Source: Candidatus Parcubacteria bacterium (lineage in GTDB: Bacteria > Patescibacteriota > Minisyncoccia > Phycocordibacterales > UBA918). From it: a stretch of 64,000 nucleotides of DNA. This document shows positions 50,390 to 61,002 of this stretch, piece after piece (position 1 is the first letter of the stretch; the number at the start of each line of letters is the position of its first letter). The translations under genes were made by a program, and so were the position numbers. The stretch spans positions 1 to 64,000 of the forward strand of contig JBJOPW010000002.1 of the NCBI GenBank assembly GCA_046050355.1. The letters are read 5' to 3'. The notes under the pieces were generated by a model. The model saw nothing but the letters and a program-made list of their open reading frames with translations. It ran no database searches and was not told the DNA's origin.

Positions 50390-50652
50390 GGGCGGGGACT
50401 CGGTCACTCTCGTGGCTATATTAGTTCACAAGTTCATAATCTATGGACTCTTCAGGACTCGACCCAGAATCACGGTTCTTTTATTCAATACATTGAATAA
50501 AAGAAGCTCGTGTTCTTGGTCGGCGACTCCTCGTAATTTCTCTTGGTCAGAGAAATTACATCGTCCGTCGCTTCGAGTCCCTCACGGAAGCAAAACTATT
50601 TGCTTCCTATCGCCCACAAACAAAAAGAACCACTCCTGCGGTTCTTTTTGTT

Positions 50653-51948
50653 TGTGGCCATGACCGCGACAGAGATCGAACTATCACTGAGTTCCTCAAG
50701 AAGTTCGACAAGACGTCCGCCGATGCGTAAAGGCCTTGAAACTTCTGTAATGTGGCCATGATCGTGACACGGATCGAACTATCAGCGAGTTTCTGAATAA
50801 ATTCGACAAGCCATCTGTCAGGGAATAAAGACCCTAAGACTTCTGTAAGGCGGCCCACATCGACACATTTCTCGAACTTGGGCTCCCAACGACCTTCTAA
50901 GGTCGATCATTGAAAGGCTGGCGTCGCGTAAGTTGCCCCAGCAGGCTCGCGACAATCATTGCGAGGCCTCCTTGCACTCATTCGATGCCGGCAACAATGG
51001 GTCGAAGAGCCTTGACATGCGGCAACGGACTGTTCCACCCTTAGACAGCACTCAATGAGAGGTTGAATCGACTCGCGCCGAAGTCCTGTTTCGGGTTCAC
51101 AAAATGCTTCCAACTGTTACTGGTTCCATGCTCGGGATCGGAAGATATCTTAGTCACAGCGACAACCTAAGTACTTGATTTTATTGAGTTTTCCGCCTTT
51201 TTCCTTGCATTTGCCGCTGAGGTATGGGAAGATACTTGGGCGATAGGCTCGAGGCTGACCCGTCGCGGTGAAAGGTGCTGCAACACCAATCACATGTCCC
51301 ACAAGGACGGCGCCCCAACCACAACCTGGTTGGGGCTTTCCTTTTATGTTGACACGATGTCGTGGTCACATCCACCATGTTCCCATCAGGTTCGAGAATC
51401 GGGATGCAGCCCGCGAGCCTGACAGGGTCAGCCTCGGCCCTGCACTTTGTGGCGCGAATGCCGCTTATCGGCCCGGTGGCTGAGTTTGTACGCGCATTGG
51501 AGTGCAGGGCTTCTAGATTGGAGCCTACCCATGTCGAAACATGGTATCATCGCCGATGTGCTCTTCGGAGCGATTGAAACCACCCTTGCGCCAGTCGTTG
51601 CTGTCGTCGAGGGAGTAACCGGTGAGGTCAGCAAGGAAGCCAGCGATGGTGTGCTTCGGGCAATTGTTGATCCGACCGATATCGCGATCAACGGCCTGAT
51701 CAATATCACGAGGTAACATCTCACTAACTCCGGCGGGATCTAGGTCTCGCCGGAGCCTAATAAATGTGTTTCTGATAGAAGACAAGGGGAGTTGCGCAGT
51801 CCGCAACTCCCCTTGTCTTTACAGTGGTCATGACCGCGACAAGGATCGAACGATCACGGAGTTCCTGAAGAAATTCGACAAGCCTCCCGCCGAAGAGTAA
51901 AGACCCTGAGACTTCTGTAAGGTGACCCAGAACGACACACTTCTCGAA
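50653..51948 (+). repeat. Degenerate 98-bp repeat units (50653-50750, 50751-50848, partial 50849-50878; 51823-51920, partial 51921-51948)
   Basis: Shared GTGGYCATGA-CG-GACA-GATCGAAC...TTCGACAAG...TAAAG-CC-T-A-ACTTCTGTAA with an exact 98-nt period. Confidence 0.85.
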
Positions 51949-52288
51949 CCATAAAAACGGTGCTCGAAAAATTGCAACATGTCGGTGGAAGAGACGCTAG
52001 ACTTCGAAAACTCGAAAACTGAGTCTCTTGGTGGCAATAGCAGAGACAGGGGTCAAAGCATCACGGAATTCTCGAGTAATCCACAATTCTTCTGGCTAAG
52101 AGTAAACTCTCTGAGATATCGGTACTGCGACCTTGACCGAGAAGGGTAGAAAGGAGAAAGCTATGACGTGAACTTACAGTGATCTAGACGCACAGCCCGA
52201 CACGTTGGAGTTCAAATTGAAGTCAAGGTTCGGCAAGCATGCTCACAGTGACAGTCTGTTCATTAGGGACGGAACCTGATGAACGCCA

Positions 52289-52711
52289 GTGGTGACACGC
52301 GATGTGCAAAGTGACATAGAGAGCTTCAAGTCAATTGATGACAGGGGTCAGTGGATGCTGCAACCAACATACTACGAGCACGAGTCGGGCTTGAACTGTG
52401 TTGACATAGCCAAGCGGTTGGCATTCCTTCGGGGAAACATTGTAAAGTACGTTTGGCGAGCAGGCAATAAGGGTGATTTGGTTCAAGACCTGCAGAAGGC
52501 GATTGAGTACGCGCAGATACTCATTGTTGACCCAGATCGGGTTTGCCAGGACCAAGAGTTGGTTTCGATGATTGATTGGTATTGTAAGAATGAGTCGCAC
52601 GACCTTCGTAGGACCATTATTAGAAGTGCCGCGCTGGACTCATCAGAGATCGACTTGAAAGAAGGTGTTTTGATGAAGCTAGACCAGTGGGTTGATTCAA
52701 CTCGGTCATGA
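52289..52711 (+). CDS. DUF3310-family (phage-type) protein
   Basis: PTYY......CVDI....FLRGNIVKYVWRAGNKG...QDLQKA; start uncertain. Confidence 0.8.
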   Translation: MVTRDVQSDIESFKSIDDRGQWMLQPTYYEHESGLNCVDIAKRLAFLRGNIVKYVWRAGNKGDLVQDLQKAIEYAQILIVDPDRVCQDQELVSMIDWYCKNESHDLRRTIIRSAALDSSEIDLKEGVLMKLDQWVDSTRS

Positions 52712-53306
52712 GTACTCGCTGCAGCAGCGTTAGTCGCGTATAATTCTTAGCATCTTTGATGCAGGCAGGGTTGCGGATATTCAACATTAGGCAAGATCTG
52801 GTGAAGAACCATGACTTCAGATAGACTTCTCTCCCCCCAATAAACGGACAGCGAACAAGATCTACGGTACTTCTGCTAACGAGAAGGGAACGGTTGACCG
52901 AAGCTATCAGAGTGTCCATGACGGCATGATCAACAGTATTCCTGAACATCCGCGGATCGCCCCTTAGTACCTCCGAAAACAAACCTTCAGGTCCTATCTG
53001 ATCGCGGAGGTCAGACTCTTCACGAAGAAGTTCATATATTTCTTTGACTAGTGCCCAATGCTTCTTGTCGCAGAGGTTGATCACGGACTCTGCTTCAATT
53101 CGTGCTTCAAGGACGACGGGAGTCAATTCAGTTCCGGCGCACTTGTTTTCCGTCCACGACAACGCATGGCGTGGGCCAGCTTCGAAGAAGTATATGCCTT
53201 CACCTAGCCAAAGGCCATCATGTTTACTCGGGTTGAATCTGTTCGATCGAGAGATTGACTCAGCAGACCCAAGGTCTGTTCCATGATACGCGATGTAGGT
53301 ATACAA
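52620..53306 (-). CDS. Putative ADP-ribosyltransferase-fold protein
   Basis: AYHGT...WLGEGIYFF...A..W pattern of H-G-T class ART folds; start uncertain. Confidence 0.55.
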   Translation of the reverse strand: MYTYIAYHGTDLGSAESISRSNRFNPSKHDGLWLGEGIYFFEAGPRHALSWTENKCAGTELTPVVLEARIEAESVINLCDKKHWALVKEIYELLREESDLRDQIGPEGLFSEVLRGDPRMFRNTVDHAVMDTLIASVNRSLLVSRSTVDLVRCPFIGGREVYLKSWFFTRSCLMLNIRNPACIKDAKNYTRLTLLQRVLMTELNQPTGLASSKHLLSSRSLMSPARHF

Positions 53307-53337
53307 AAAAATAGGCCCCCAGAGATTGTGGGGGACC

Positions 53338-54021
53338 TTAGCTTCCTACAACGGTCTTTGCAAGACTCTCTCCCTGAACTGCATTGATGTTGTTGGGATC
53401 AGTGCAGTTGATGCGGTGAAATTCGTTCGCTGCAAAGACAATCACCGAGACATTGGCTGAATCCGCCTCTGCCTTGACGATGCTGTAGGCCCTACGCAAC
53501 TCATCGCGCGAAATCGCGTCAATGGTTAGGCCCATTCGCTTTGTCCTGTTTGATAGAGGGGTTGCGTTGTCCCGTAGCTGATTTAAGCTAACCGGAAGAG
53601 CATCTGAGCTTGGTTTCCAAGTGCGAGATCCAAGAAGGACTTCGACACCATTATCCCTTTGCTCTATATCTCCGCCTGTAATTATAAACTCTAAAGCAAC
53701 AATTGCAATTAATATACCAACTTGAGGCAATAGAAGGAGAATTGTCAAGTAGAGCTCAGTTTCTGTCGTCTTTAGGAAGATTAGTGAGGCAGCGCTCGTT
53801 AGCAGAAGAATAAGATGGACTATTCCAAGTACAATAGATATCCCTACTCTGCGCGGAAGTATCTCCCCATGCTCATTTACTTGGGTTATCGGTTCAAAAA
53901 GGGTCCGAGCATTCAAAACTACTCGCCTCAATGTGCTTACAAACTGCCGCAATGATGACGAACGCTTAACTAGCGCATAGAGGCCTGGTCCGACGGCGAA
54001 ACTCAAAAGTGATGCTGACAT
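53338..54021 (-). CDS. Hypothetical membrane protein
   Basis: Two to three TM helices plus a soluble C-terminus. Confidence 0.55.
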   Translation of the reverse strand: MSASLLSFAVGPGLYALVKRSSSLRQFVSTLRRVVLNARTLFEPITQVNEHGEILPRRVGISIVLGIVHLILLLTSAASLIFLKTTETELYLTILLLLPQVGILIAIVALEFIITGGDIEQRDNGVEVLLGSRTWKPSSDALPVSLNQLRDNATPLSNRTKRMGLTIDAISRDELRRAYSIVKAEADSANVSVIVFAANEFHRINCTDPNNINAVQGESLAKTVVGS

Positions 54022-54125
54022 TTGGTCGAAAACTGCTTCTCGAACCGGACCATAATCGGAAAATATCCAGTGTTAGAGCCCTATAATTGGCTTCAGATGA
54101 GGGAAAATTGTGGGGGTGTCCCCAA

Positions 54126-54201
54126 TGGTGGGCGATGAGGGACTCGAACCCCCGACCTCGATGGTGTAAACATCTTGCTCTACCAACTGAGCTAATCGCC
54201 C
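54126..54201 (-). tRNA. tRNA-Val(UAC)
   Basis: GGGCGAT acceptor stem; loop TT-TAC-AC; encoded CCA. Confidence 0.95.
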
Positions 54202-54286
54202 GAATGTCATGCAGTATAGCGTACTTTATTAAATTGTCCACCGGTAAGTTATTAGAATAACACGTATATGGTATAATAATGAGCGT

Positions 54287-54952
54287 ATGAAAATACTCGA
54301 AAAGAAGAGGGCTATAGAGTTGCGTGAGCGGGGGATAGCTTTAGGTGAAATCGCTAAAAAATTAAACGTAGCAAAAGCTACAGTCAGTTATTGGGTACGG
54401 GATATTTCATTATCGAAGACACAGATCAAGCAACTCAGAGCGAATAGTCACTCAAGAGAAGCAATTGAAAAGCGACGATTGTCACGTATGACTGCAGCCG
54501 AAAAAATCCGAGATAGTATACGAGAAGAAGCTCGACAACAAGCAGTACAGTTAATCAAAAATCCATTATGGTGTGTTGCAATAGCCTTATATTGGGGGGA
54601 GGGTGGAAAGACGCAACGAACGGTTCGAATCGCAAATAGCGACCCCTCAGTTATTAGACTACTTTGCCACTTCTTTAGAAATGAATGTCATGTGCCACTT
54701 TCTAAAATGCGAGCACATGTTCATGCGTTTTCGCACAGCGATATTGAATCAATAGAGAAGTACTGGTCAAAAATTAGTGGCATACCCAGAAATCAATTTT
54801 TTAAGGCATATATTAAACAAAGTAGCTCTAGTAAAGAAAAAAGACAAACACTTCCAAATGGTACAATGCAAATATATGTACATGATAGTAGTTTGTTTAT
54901 TAAAATTATAGCTTGGATAGAATATCTGAAAGAGATAAAACATTATGATTGA
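54287..54952 (+). CDS. HTH plus LAGLIDADG-like domain protein
   Basis: N-terminal HTH (EIAKKLNVAKATVSYW); ALYWGEG.K...IANSDP; YWSKISGIP..QF. Confidence 0.65.
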   Translation: MKILEKKRAIELRERGIALGEIAKKLNVAKATVSYWVRDISLSKTQIKQLRANSHSREAIEKRRLSRMTAAEKIRDSIREEARQQAVQLIKNPLWCVAIALYWGEGGKTQRTVRIANSDPSVIRLLCHFFRNECHVPLSKMRAHVHAFSHSDIESIEKYWSKISGIPRNQFFKAYIKQSSSSKEKRQTLPNGTMQIYVHDSSLFIKIIAWIEYLKEIKHYD

Positions 54953-55226
54953 ACTTCATGCCACAGTGACCGGTAAGGTACAGGGGGTACGGTACCGTGA
55001 TTATGTCCAGCAAGCCGCGACTAATCTTGGGCTCGTAGGGTCGGTCGAAAATCTCTCGGATGGTTCAGTTTTTGTTGTAGCACAAGGTATGCCAGATGTC
55101 CTCAAGGAATTTGTAGAGTATCTCCATGAGGGTTCGTTGTTGGCGCAGGTCGATGGGGTGGCAGTTGAGTGGCGCAGTCAGGCGGGTCTATATCAAGAAT
55201 TTTCAATCCTCTTTTCCTACCTATGA
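54945..55226 (+). CDS. acyP: Acylphosphatase
   Basis: VTGKVQGVRYR, GSVENLSDGSV. Confidence 0.93.
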   Translation: MIELHATVTGKVQGVRYRDYVQQAATNLGLVGSVENLSDGSVFVVAQGMPDVLKEFVEYLHEGSLLAQVDGVAVEWRSQAGLYQEFSILFSYL

Positions 55227-55891
55227 CTACACAGTTGTCATCACCATATTGCGTAGGTTTTATCATGGATGGCAACCGCCGGTACGCGGCCGAACGGGGA
55301 TTGCCACAAGGAGCTGGGCACGAAGCCGGACTACAGGTTTTTGAACAGGTAATTACCTGGTTGCAGGAGCAACATATACCGCATGGCGTATTCTACGCGT
55401 TTTCTACTGAGAATTGGCATCGTAGTGAGGCAGAAGTGTCGTTATTATTATCATTGATAGAAATTGCTTTAGCGAAACAGCGATCTGTGCGATTGCGATT
55501 TATTGGTGACCGATTACGCTTTAGCACTATAATGCAAGATAAATTGTCCGCAGTAGAAGCTGAGGAGCACGGTAATACTAATGTAACAATCTGGGTAGCC
55601 TTATCATATGGTGGCAGACAGGAGATTATTTCTGCGGTTAATAAAGCTATCGCGGCTCGGGTTCCAGTAACTGAAAACAGTTTCTCGGCGTTATTTGATT
55701 CGGTGGGGATGCCCGATCCTGATCTTATTATTCGTACTGGCGGTGATATGCGCCTCTCTAATTTTTTACCGTGGCAAGCAGTCTATAGCGAGCTGATGTT
55801 TACCCCTACCTACTGGCCAGCATTTACGAAAGAGGAATTTACCAGTATGCTGGCGCAATATGGAGACAGAAAACGTCGTTTCGGACGCTAA
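55223..55891 (+). CDS. uppS: Undecaprenyl diphosphate synthase
   Basis: IMDGNRR, FSTENW, YGGRQEI, IRTGG..RLSNFL. Confidence 0.95.
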   Translation: MTTQLSSPYCVGFIMDGNRRYAAERGLPQGAGHEAGLQVFEQVITWLQEQHIPHGVFYAFSTENWHRSEAEVSLLLSLIEIALAKQRSVRLRFIGDRLRFSTIMQDKLSAVEAEEHGNTNVTIWVALSYGGRQEIISAVNKAIAARVPVTENSFSALFDSVGMPDPDLIIRTGGDMRLSNFLPWQAVYSELMFTPTYWPAFTKEEFTSMLAQYGDRKRRFGR

Positions 55892-56636
55892 AGATATTAT
55901 TGAGCCAGTGGTCATTTACGAAGATGACGCGATTTTAGTCGTGAATAAGCCCTACGGGATGCTCGTGCATGAAGATTGGCAACAAAAAGACGGTACTTTA
56001 GTCGACTGGTTTTTGGTCCGCTGCCCGAGTGCTCGTGGGGTAGGGGAAGCGACAGCAACACCAGAAGGAAAACCACTTGAACGCTCCGGAGTAGTGCATC
56101 GCCTCGATCGCGAGACGTCAGGGGTGATAGTCTTGGCAAAAACTGCCGAAGCCCACGCTCATCTCAAGGCTGAGTTTCATGACCGCAAGGCAAAAAAAGA
56201 GTATCGGGCTTTTGTCTATGGTCGACTCCACGAACGGTGGGGAACCATTGATCGACCCATTGGCCGTAATACGCAGAATTTTCGACTCCGTTCGGCGCAG
56301 CGTGGTGCCAAGGGGACCTTGCGCAATGCGGTAACTGACTGGGAACGAATTGCGGCTGGTGAATACGAAGGTGAGCCCTTTTCATATATGAAATTAATGC
56401 CAAAGACCGGCCGTACTCACCAGCTCCGAGTCCATCTAAAGGCCATTGATCGACCAATTGTTCAAGATGTGTTGTATAGCGGTAAGAAGCGCGAGACCTC
56501 AAACAATCTTGGTTTGGAGCGATTGGCCCTCCACGCCCACGTGCTCGAACTGACCTTGCCTAGTGGTGAGCGAGAACGATTTATTGCGCCAGTGCCACAT
56601 AGTTTTGAACTAGCTGCCGAAAAGCTCGAAGAATAG
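55860..56636 (+). CDS. RluA-family pseudouridine synthase
   Basis: VNKPYG, VHRLDRETSG, TGRTHQLRVH, LHA. Confidence 0.95.
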   Translation: METENVVSDAKDIIEPVVIYEDDAILVVNKPYGMLVHEDWQQKDGTLVDWFLVRCPSARGVGEATATPEGKPLERSGVVHRLDRETSGVIVLAKTAEAHAHLKAEFHDRKAKKEYRAFVYGRLHERWGTIDRPIGRNTQNFRLRSAQRGAKGTLRNAVTDWERIAAGEYEGEPFSYMKLMPKTGRTHQLRVHLKAIDRPIVQDVLYSGKKRETSNNLGLERLALHAHVLELTLPSGERERFIAPVPHSFELAAEKLEE

Positions 56637-56723
56637 GCGGTCGTATTGCAGAATAGGGTCTCTTGTGGTAGATTAGGGCACGTTTTACACGGACAAGAGG
56701 CATTTTATTGTTATTACTATTGT

Positions 56724-57305
56724 ATGAACACAGCATTACAGGGCGTCGCTATCTCGCCAGTACAGATGGCAGACCGTAAGGCGCTTGGCTTGAAGCCGGG
56801 CGATACGGTCAAGGTGCACCAGAAGATCGTTGATAAGGGAAAGACTCGTCTCCAAGTTTTTGAAGGCGTGGTGCTTGCCCGTAAGCATGGTGATGAACCA
56901 GGAGCTACCTTTACTGTCCGTAAAGTCTCAAGTGGCGTTGGTGTAGAAAAAATCTTCCCTCTCTACACACCACTCATCGAAAAAATTGAGATTGTGAAGC
57001 GTGCCAAGGTACGTCGCGCCAAGCTCTACTACATTCGTGAGAAGGTGGCCCGTGAGATTAAGCGTCAGATGCGCCGCATGTCTCTCGTTTCAATGTCTAC
57101 CGAAAGTGAGACCGAAGCCAATGCTCGTATTGAAGCAGAGGCTAAGGCAGTCGCTGAAGCAGCCGCTGCCGCCGAAGCGGCTGCTCTCGCAGCCGCTGCA
57201 CCAGTTGTCGAAGAGACTCCAGTGGTAGCAGAAGCTCCAGCGGAAGTAGCAGCAGAAGAAACTCCTGCTGCTGAAACACCAGTTGAAGCAGAGAAGAAAG
57301 ACTAG
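56724..57305 (+). CDS. rplS: 50S ribosomal protein L19 with A/E-rich C-terminal extension
   Basis: [34 protein letters not shown]. Confidence 0.96.
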   Translation: MNTALQGVAISPVQMADRKALGLKPGDTVKVHQKIVDKGKTRLQVFEGVVLARKHGDEPGATFTVRKVSSGVGVEKIFPLYTPLIEKIEIVKRAKVRRAKLYYIREKVAREIKRQMRRMSLVSMSTESETEANARIEAEAKAVAEAAAAAEAAALAAAAPVVEETPVVAEAPAEVAAEETPAAETPVEAEKKD

Positions 57306-57360
57306 TCTCTCATCAATAACAAAACCGACCGTCAGGTCGGTTTTGTTATATACTGTCGCT

Positions 57361-58200
57361 ATGATAACGAAACCACTTTTTGAAGCACTTATTGCCGAGA
57401 TTGAATCAGCGGGTGAATTAGCGCACAAATACTTTATTGATAATGAGTCTGACAACGAACAAAAAGCTGACGGTTCAGTGGTTACCGTTATCGATACGAC
57501 CATTGAGACCCGTTTGGTTGCGTTTATTCGTGCACATTTTCCCGACGACACAATTGTTGGAGAAGAAGGAGAAGGTGTGATTGGCACCAGTAGTTTCGTT
57601 TGGCATATTGATCCGATAGATGGTACAGATAATTTTTTAAGAAGAATTCCATTTTGTGCCATCTCAGTGGCACGACTGGGAGATACCGATGAAGATTCGT
57701 GTGCGGTGATTCATAACCCAATTACGCAACAAACCTTTTCTAGCTATATGGATGAAGCAGTCTACGAAAAGCATATCGTACATCACATGAATGATGATTT
57801 AATTGGTGGTCGGGCCATGATTTCTATTGCGCGAGGACGGGTTTCTTGGATGAAATCAGCCAGCTACAATATACGCAAAGCCCTTGGTCTCCATTTTGGT
57901 GGCGGTAATTCGTTTGGTTGTTGTGCGCTTGAACATGCCTATGTGGCGGCCAACCGTCTTGATGGAGTTCTTACTTTTGGGTTGCATACCTATGATTATG
58001 CTGCCGGATTATATCTTATAAAATCAGCTGGAGGTATTATTTCAGTATTTGAGGATGACCAATGGCAGCAATGGCAAGGAAGTATCAAAGCACTTTGCTC
58101 TCAACATGGCGCCACCATTTTCTCGTCACATCAGGGCATTCATGCTGAGGCGATAGCCTATATTGGTAACCCACGAACTTGGAGTGATGAACCCGCTTAA
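57361..58200 (+). CDS. Inositol monophosphatase family protein
   Basis: GEE, WHIDPIDGTDNF, YDYAAG. Confidence 0.9.
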   Translation: MITKPLFEALIAEIESAGELAHKYFIDNESDNEQKADGSVVTVIDTTIETRLVAFIRAHFPDDTIVGEEGEGVIGTSSFVWHIDPIDGTDNFLRRIPFCAISVARLGDTDEDSCAVIHNPITQQTFSSYMDEAVYEKHIVHHMNDDLIGGRAMISIARGRVSWMKSASYNIRKALGLHFGGGNSFGCCALEHAYVAANRLDGVLTFGLHTYDYAAGLYLIKSAGGIISVFEDDQWQQWQGSIKALCSQHGATIFSSHQGIHAEAIAYIGNPRTWSDEPA

Positions 58201-58910
58201 GAATCTTTCTCAGAACCAATCAGAACCTTGCGCAACATTGTACCAACGAGACCGAGGAGCATACCAAGTAACAACATGCTTGTAAACCGAGACAGAATGA
58301 GCGTGATTGTTCCACCGAGGGTATCTGGTTGCGGATAGCTAATACCACCAAGAATTGCCCGCAACGCCCACCACATACCACTTGGAATATCCTGAGCAGC
58401 TACTTGATGATTTTCAAAAACGTAAAAGAGTGATCCGAGTAGTAATGTCGCAATCAAAAGTGTCGCACTATAAATCTCGAGATTTATTTTATACAGTGAT
58501 TGGGCGGCATTTTTCTTCCGTTTGATTTCTGAGAACTTCGCAAGACGAAGCATTCGTAGAAGACGGATGATTCGTACCGCCCGAGTGGCTTTGAGGAAGG
58601 TGAGGTTATTTAATCCGAGGTATGAAGGGAGAATGGCAGCGAGGTCGATAATACCAAAAAAACTGAACATATAACGCAACCGGTTTGGACTATAATAGAG
58701 CCGAGTAACATACTCGAGACTAAAAATAGTCACAATTGCCATCTCGAGATTGTGAAATATACCCACATAGACAGATAGGGACGGGACTGTCTCAAGTGCT
58801 ACAACAGCCACAGCAACTAGGGTTGTGATGGCAAGAAAATGTTCTGTTCCCGGTGGTGTTACGTCTGAAAACGAGCGTCGGATGACTGGATGTTTCTGTT
58901 TTCGTTTCAT
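58197..58910 (-). CDS. Ion transporter (voltage-gated channel-like)
   Basis: FSLEYVTR, IIDLAAILP, Arg-periodic S4 RAVRIIRLLRMLRL. Confidence 0.88.
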   Translation of the reverse strand: MKRKQKHPVIRRSFSDVTPPGTEHFLAITTLVAVAVVALETVPSLSVYVGIFHNLEMAIVTIFSLEYVTRLYYSPNRLRYMFSFFGIIDLAAILPSYLGLNNLTFLKATRAVRIIRLLRMLRLAKFSEIKRKKNAAQSLYKINLEIYSATLLIATLLLGSLFYVFENHQVAAQDIPSGMWWALRAILGGISYPQPDTLGGTITLILSRFTSMLLLGMLLGLVGTMLRKVLIGSEKDS

Positions 58911-59004
58911 TGCAATTATCGTAACATAGGGAATCGACAGTGACTTGATAATACTATTGCTTTAGTGCATAATGTCGCCACTTGAGAAATCAAGGTTCTC
59001 ACCT

Positions 59005-59088
59005 GCCCAGGTGGCGAAATTGGTAGACGCACTACCTTGAGGTGGTAGCGCCTTCACGGGCATGCTGGTTCAAATCCAGTCTTGGGCA
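59005..59088 (+). tRNA. tRNA-Leu(GAG)
   Basis: GCCCAGG acceptor stem; loop TT-GAG-GT; variable arm; GGTTCAAATCC. Confidence 0.95.
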
Positions 59089-59591
59089 CAAATAGCCGAC
59101 CGAAACATGAATATGTTTCGGTCGTTGCTATTTGTAGACCAAGACTGGATTTGAAAGACAGTTTCGGGGTTCCCTTAGGGCCGAAACTGTCCGGGTCGGG
59201 CGAATGAGTTATATTGTGAGCAAAGCGAAATAATATAACCATGAGTGTGACCAAATCCAGTCTTGGGCACAAAGTCGTAAAACAAAAACAATTCTCCAAA
59301 AGAGAATTGTTTTTGTTTTAGAAAGCCAATGACTTGGCTTTCGACGACTTTGTGAAGCGGAGCGTTGTGAGTCGCCCCAGAAAGGCGACGAACCGCGAGC
59401 TGGGGTCGAGAACACTTAGTAGATTGAGAACGGAGTGAATCAATATACTTAGTGATTCGTGACCAGGACAAGCAAACAGGATTAAATAAAAAGCTTAGTA
59501 ACTCATGACTTAATCCAGTCTTACCATGAGACGGAACGATCTTTCAGCTGTTCCTCATACCAAAATTGCCAAAGTGGTATACTACTCCCGT

Positions 59592-60980
59592 ATGACCTAT
59601 CCGCTTGCTCTCCAGTACGAAAAAGCTTTTAAAGATGCTGATATCCGTGGCATCTATCCAAAAGAGATAAATGAAGGACTGGTATATGCCGTTGCTCGCG
59701 CGTTCGTTGAGGAGTTTGCCTATACCAAGGTGGTAGTCGGGCGGGACATGCGTCTGTCTTCGCCCGAGCTCCATACTGCCTTTGTCTCTGGTGTGCGCGA
59801 CGCGGGAGCGGATGTGATTGACGTGGGGATGGTCGCGACCCCGCAGCTCTACTTTGCCTCCGGGTCTATGAATCTCCCTGGCGTGATGATTACTGCCTCA
59901 CATAGTCCCGCTGCGTACAATGGACTCAAGCTCGTGCACGCTGAGGCGATACCACTCACGAAGCGCAATGGTCTCACCCAAATTCTCAAACGGGTGAAGC
60001 GAGGGCAGTGGACGAAGCCAGCAAAAAAAGGAAAGTTCCAGAAAAAGAATATCGACGCTGGGTACCAAAAGCGAGTGCTGGCCGGTATCAAGCCAAAGCA
60101 CTATGCGGGTCTGCGTATCGCAACCGATATTGGCAACGGGATGGCGCATGATATCGTGCCACTCCTCGCAGCGAAGCTTCCAATCAAGTTTGATACTATC
60201 TTTGCTCGCCGTGATGGTCGTTTTCCTAACCGGGACTCTGATCCCAATCTTCGCGAAAATCAAGCAGCGCTTGATGACAAAATTGACCACGGTCATTTTG
60301 ATTTTGGGATTTCTTTTGACGGGGACGCTGACCGCATTGCGTTTCTTGATGAACACGGCAACTACGTCAACAGTGCGGCGATAGGAGCTCTTATTGCGAA
60401 GCGTATGTTGGCGCGCGAGCCAAAAGCGAAGATTGCTTCCACGAATCTCAATAGCCGTATTTATGATGAGACTATCAAAGCTGCTGGTGGGAAGGTGGTG
60501 ATGGCCCGCACCGGACATACCTTTGTGAAAGAAGCGATGCGAAAGCATCAGGCGGTGTTTGGCTGTGAGTACTCGGGACACTTCTTCTTCCGCGACTTTT
60601 TCTATACTGATTCGGAAGTACTCACCTTACGCGAGGTCCTTGATGCTTACGTGGAGGCGAAGGCAGCGGGGCAGACCTTTGGCGAGATGATGGCGCCGTA
60701 TCTCGTGTACCACCAGACTGAGGATATTGTGATCAAGGTCGCCGACAAAGACATCGCGATGGCGAAAGTACATGAGTATCTGGTGTCTCTCAAACCAAAG
60801 ACGCTCAAGAAATTTGACGGCTACTTTGTTGATTTTGGTGATGTCTGGGGCGCGGTCAAAATGAGTGTGACCGAGTACGGGGTGAAGCTCATGTTTGAAT
60901 CTACGAGCAAAGCCAAAGCGGTAAAGCTCCAAAAGCAGATTGCGACGTTTGTGAAGTCGGTGGCGAAGGAGAGTTGTTGA
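59592..60980 (+). CDS. Phosphomannomutase/phosphoglucomutase
   Basis: DIRG, ITASH, FDGDADR, EYSGH. Confidence 0.95.
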   Translation: MTYPLALQYEKAFKDADIRGIYPKEINEGLVYAVARAFVEEFAYTKVVVGRDMRLSSPELHTAFVSGVRDAGADVIDVGMVATPQLYFASGSMNLPGVMITASHSPAAYNGLKLVHAEAIPLTKRNGLTQILKRVKRGQWTKPAKKGKFQKKNIDAGYQKRVLAGIKPKHYAGLRIATDIGNGMAHDIVPLLAAKLPIKFDTIFARRDGRFPNRDSDPNLRENQAALDDKIDHGHFDFGISFDGDADRIAFLDEHGNYVNSAAIGALIAKRMLAREPKAKIASTNLNSRIYDETIKAAGGKVVMARTGHTFVKEAMRKHQAVFGCEYSGHFFFRDFFYTDSEVLTLREVLDAYVEAKAAGQTFGEMMAPYLVYHQTEDIVIKVADKDIAMAKVHEYLVSLKPKTLKKFDGYFVDFGDVWGAVKMSVTEYGVKLMFESTSKAKAVKLQKQIATFVKSVAKESC

Positions 60981-61002
60981 ATTTCAATAAATATAATCGA
61001 CC

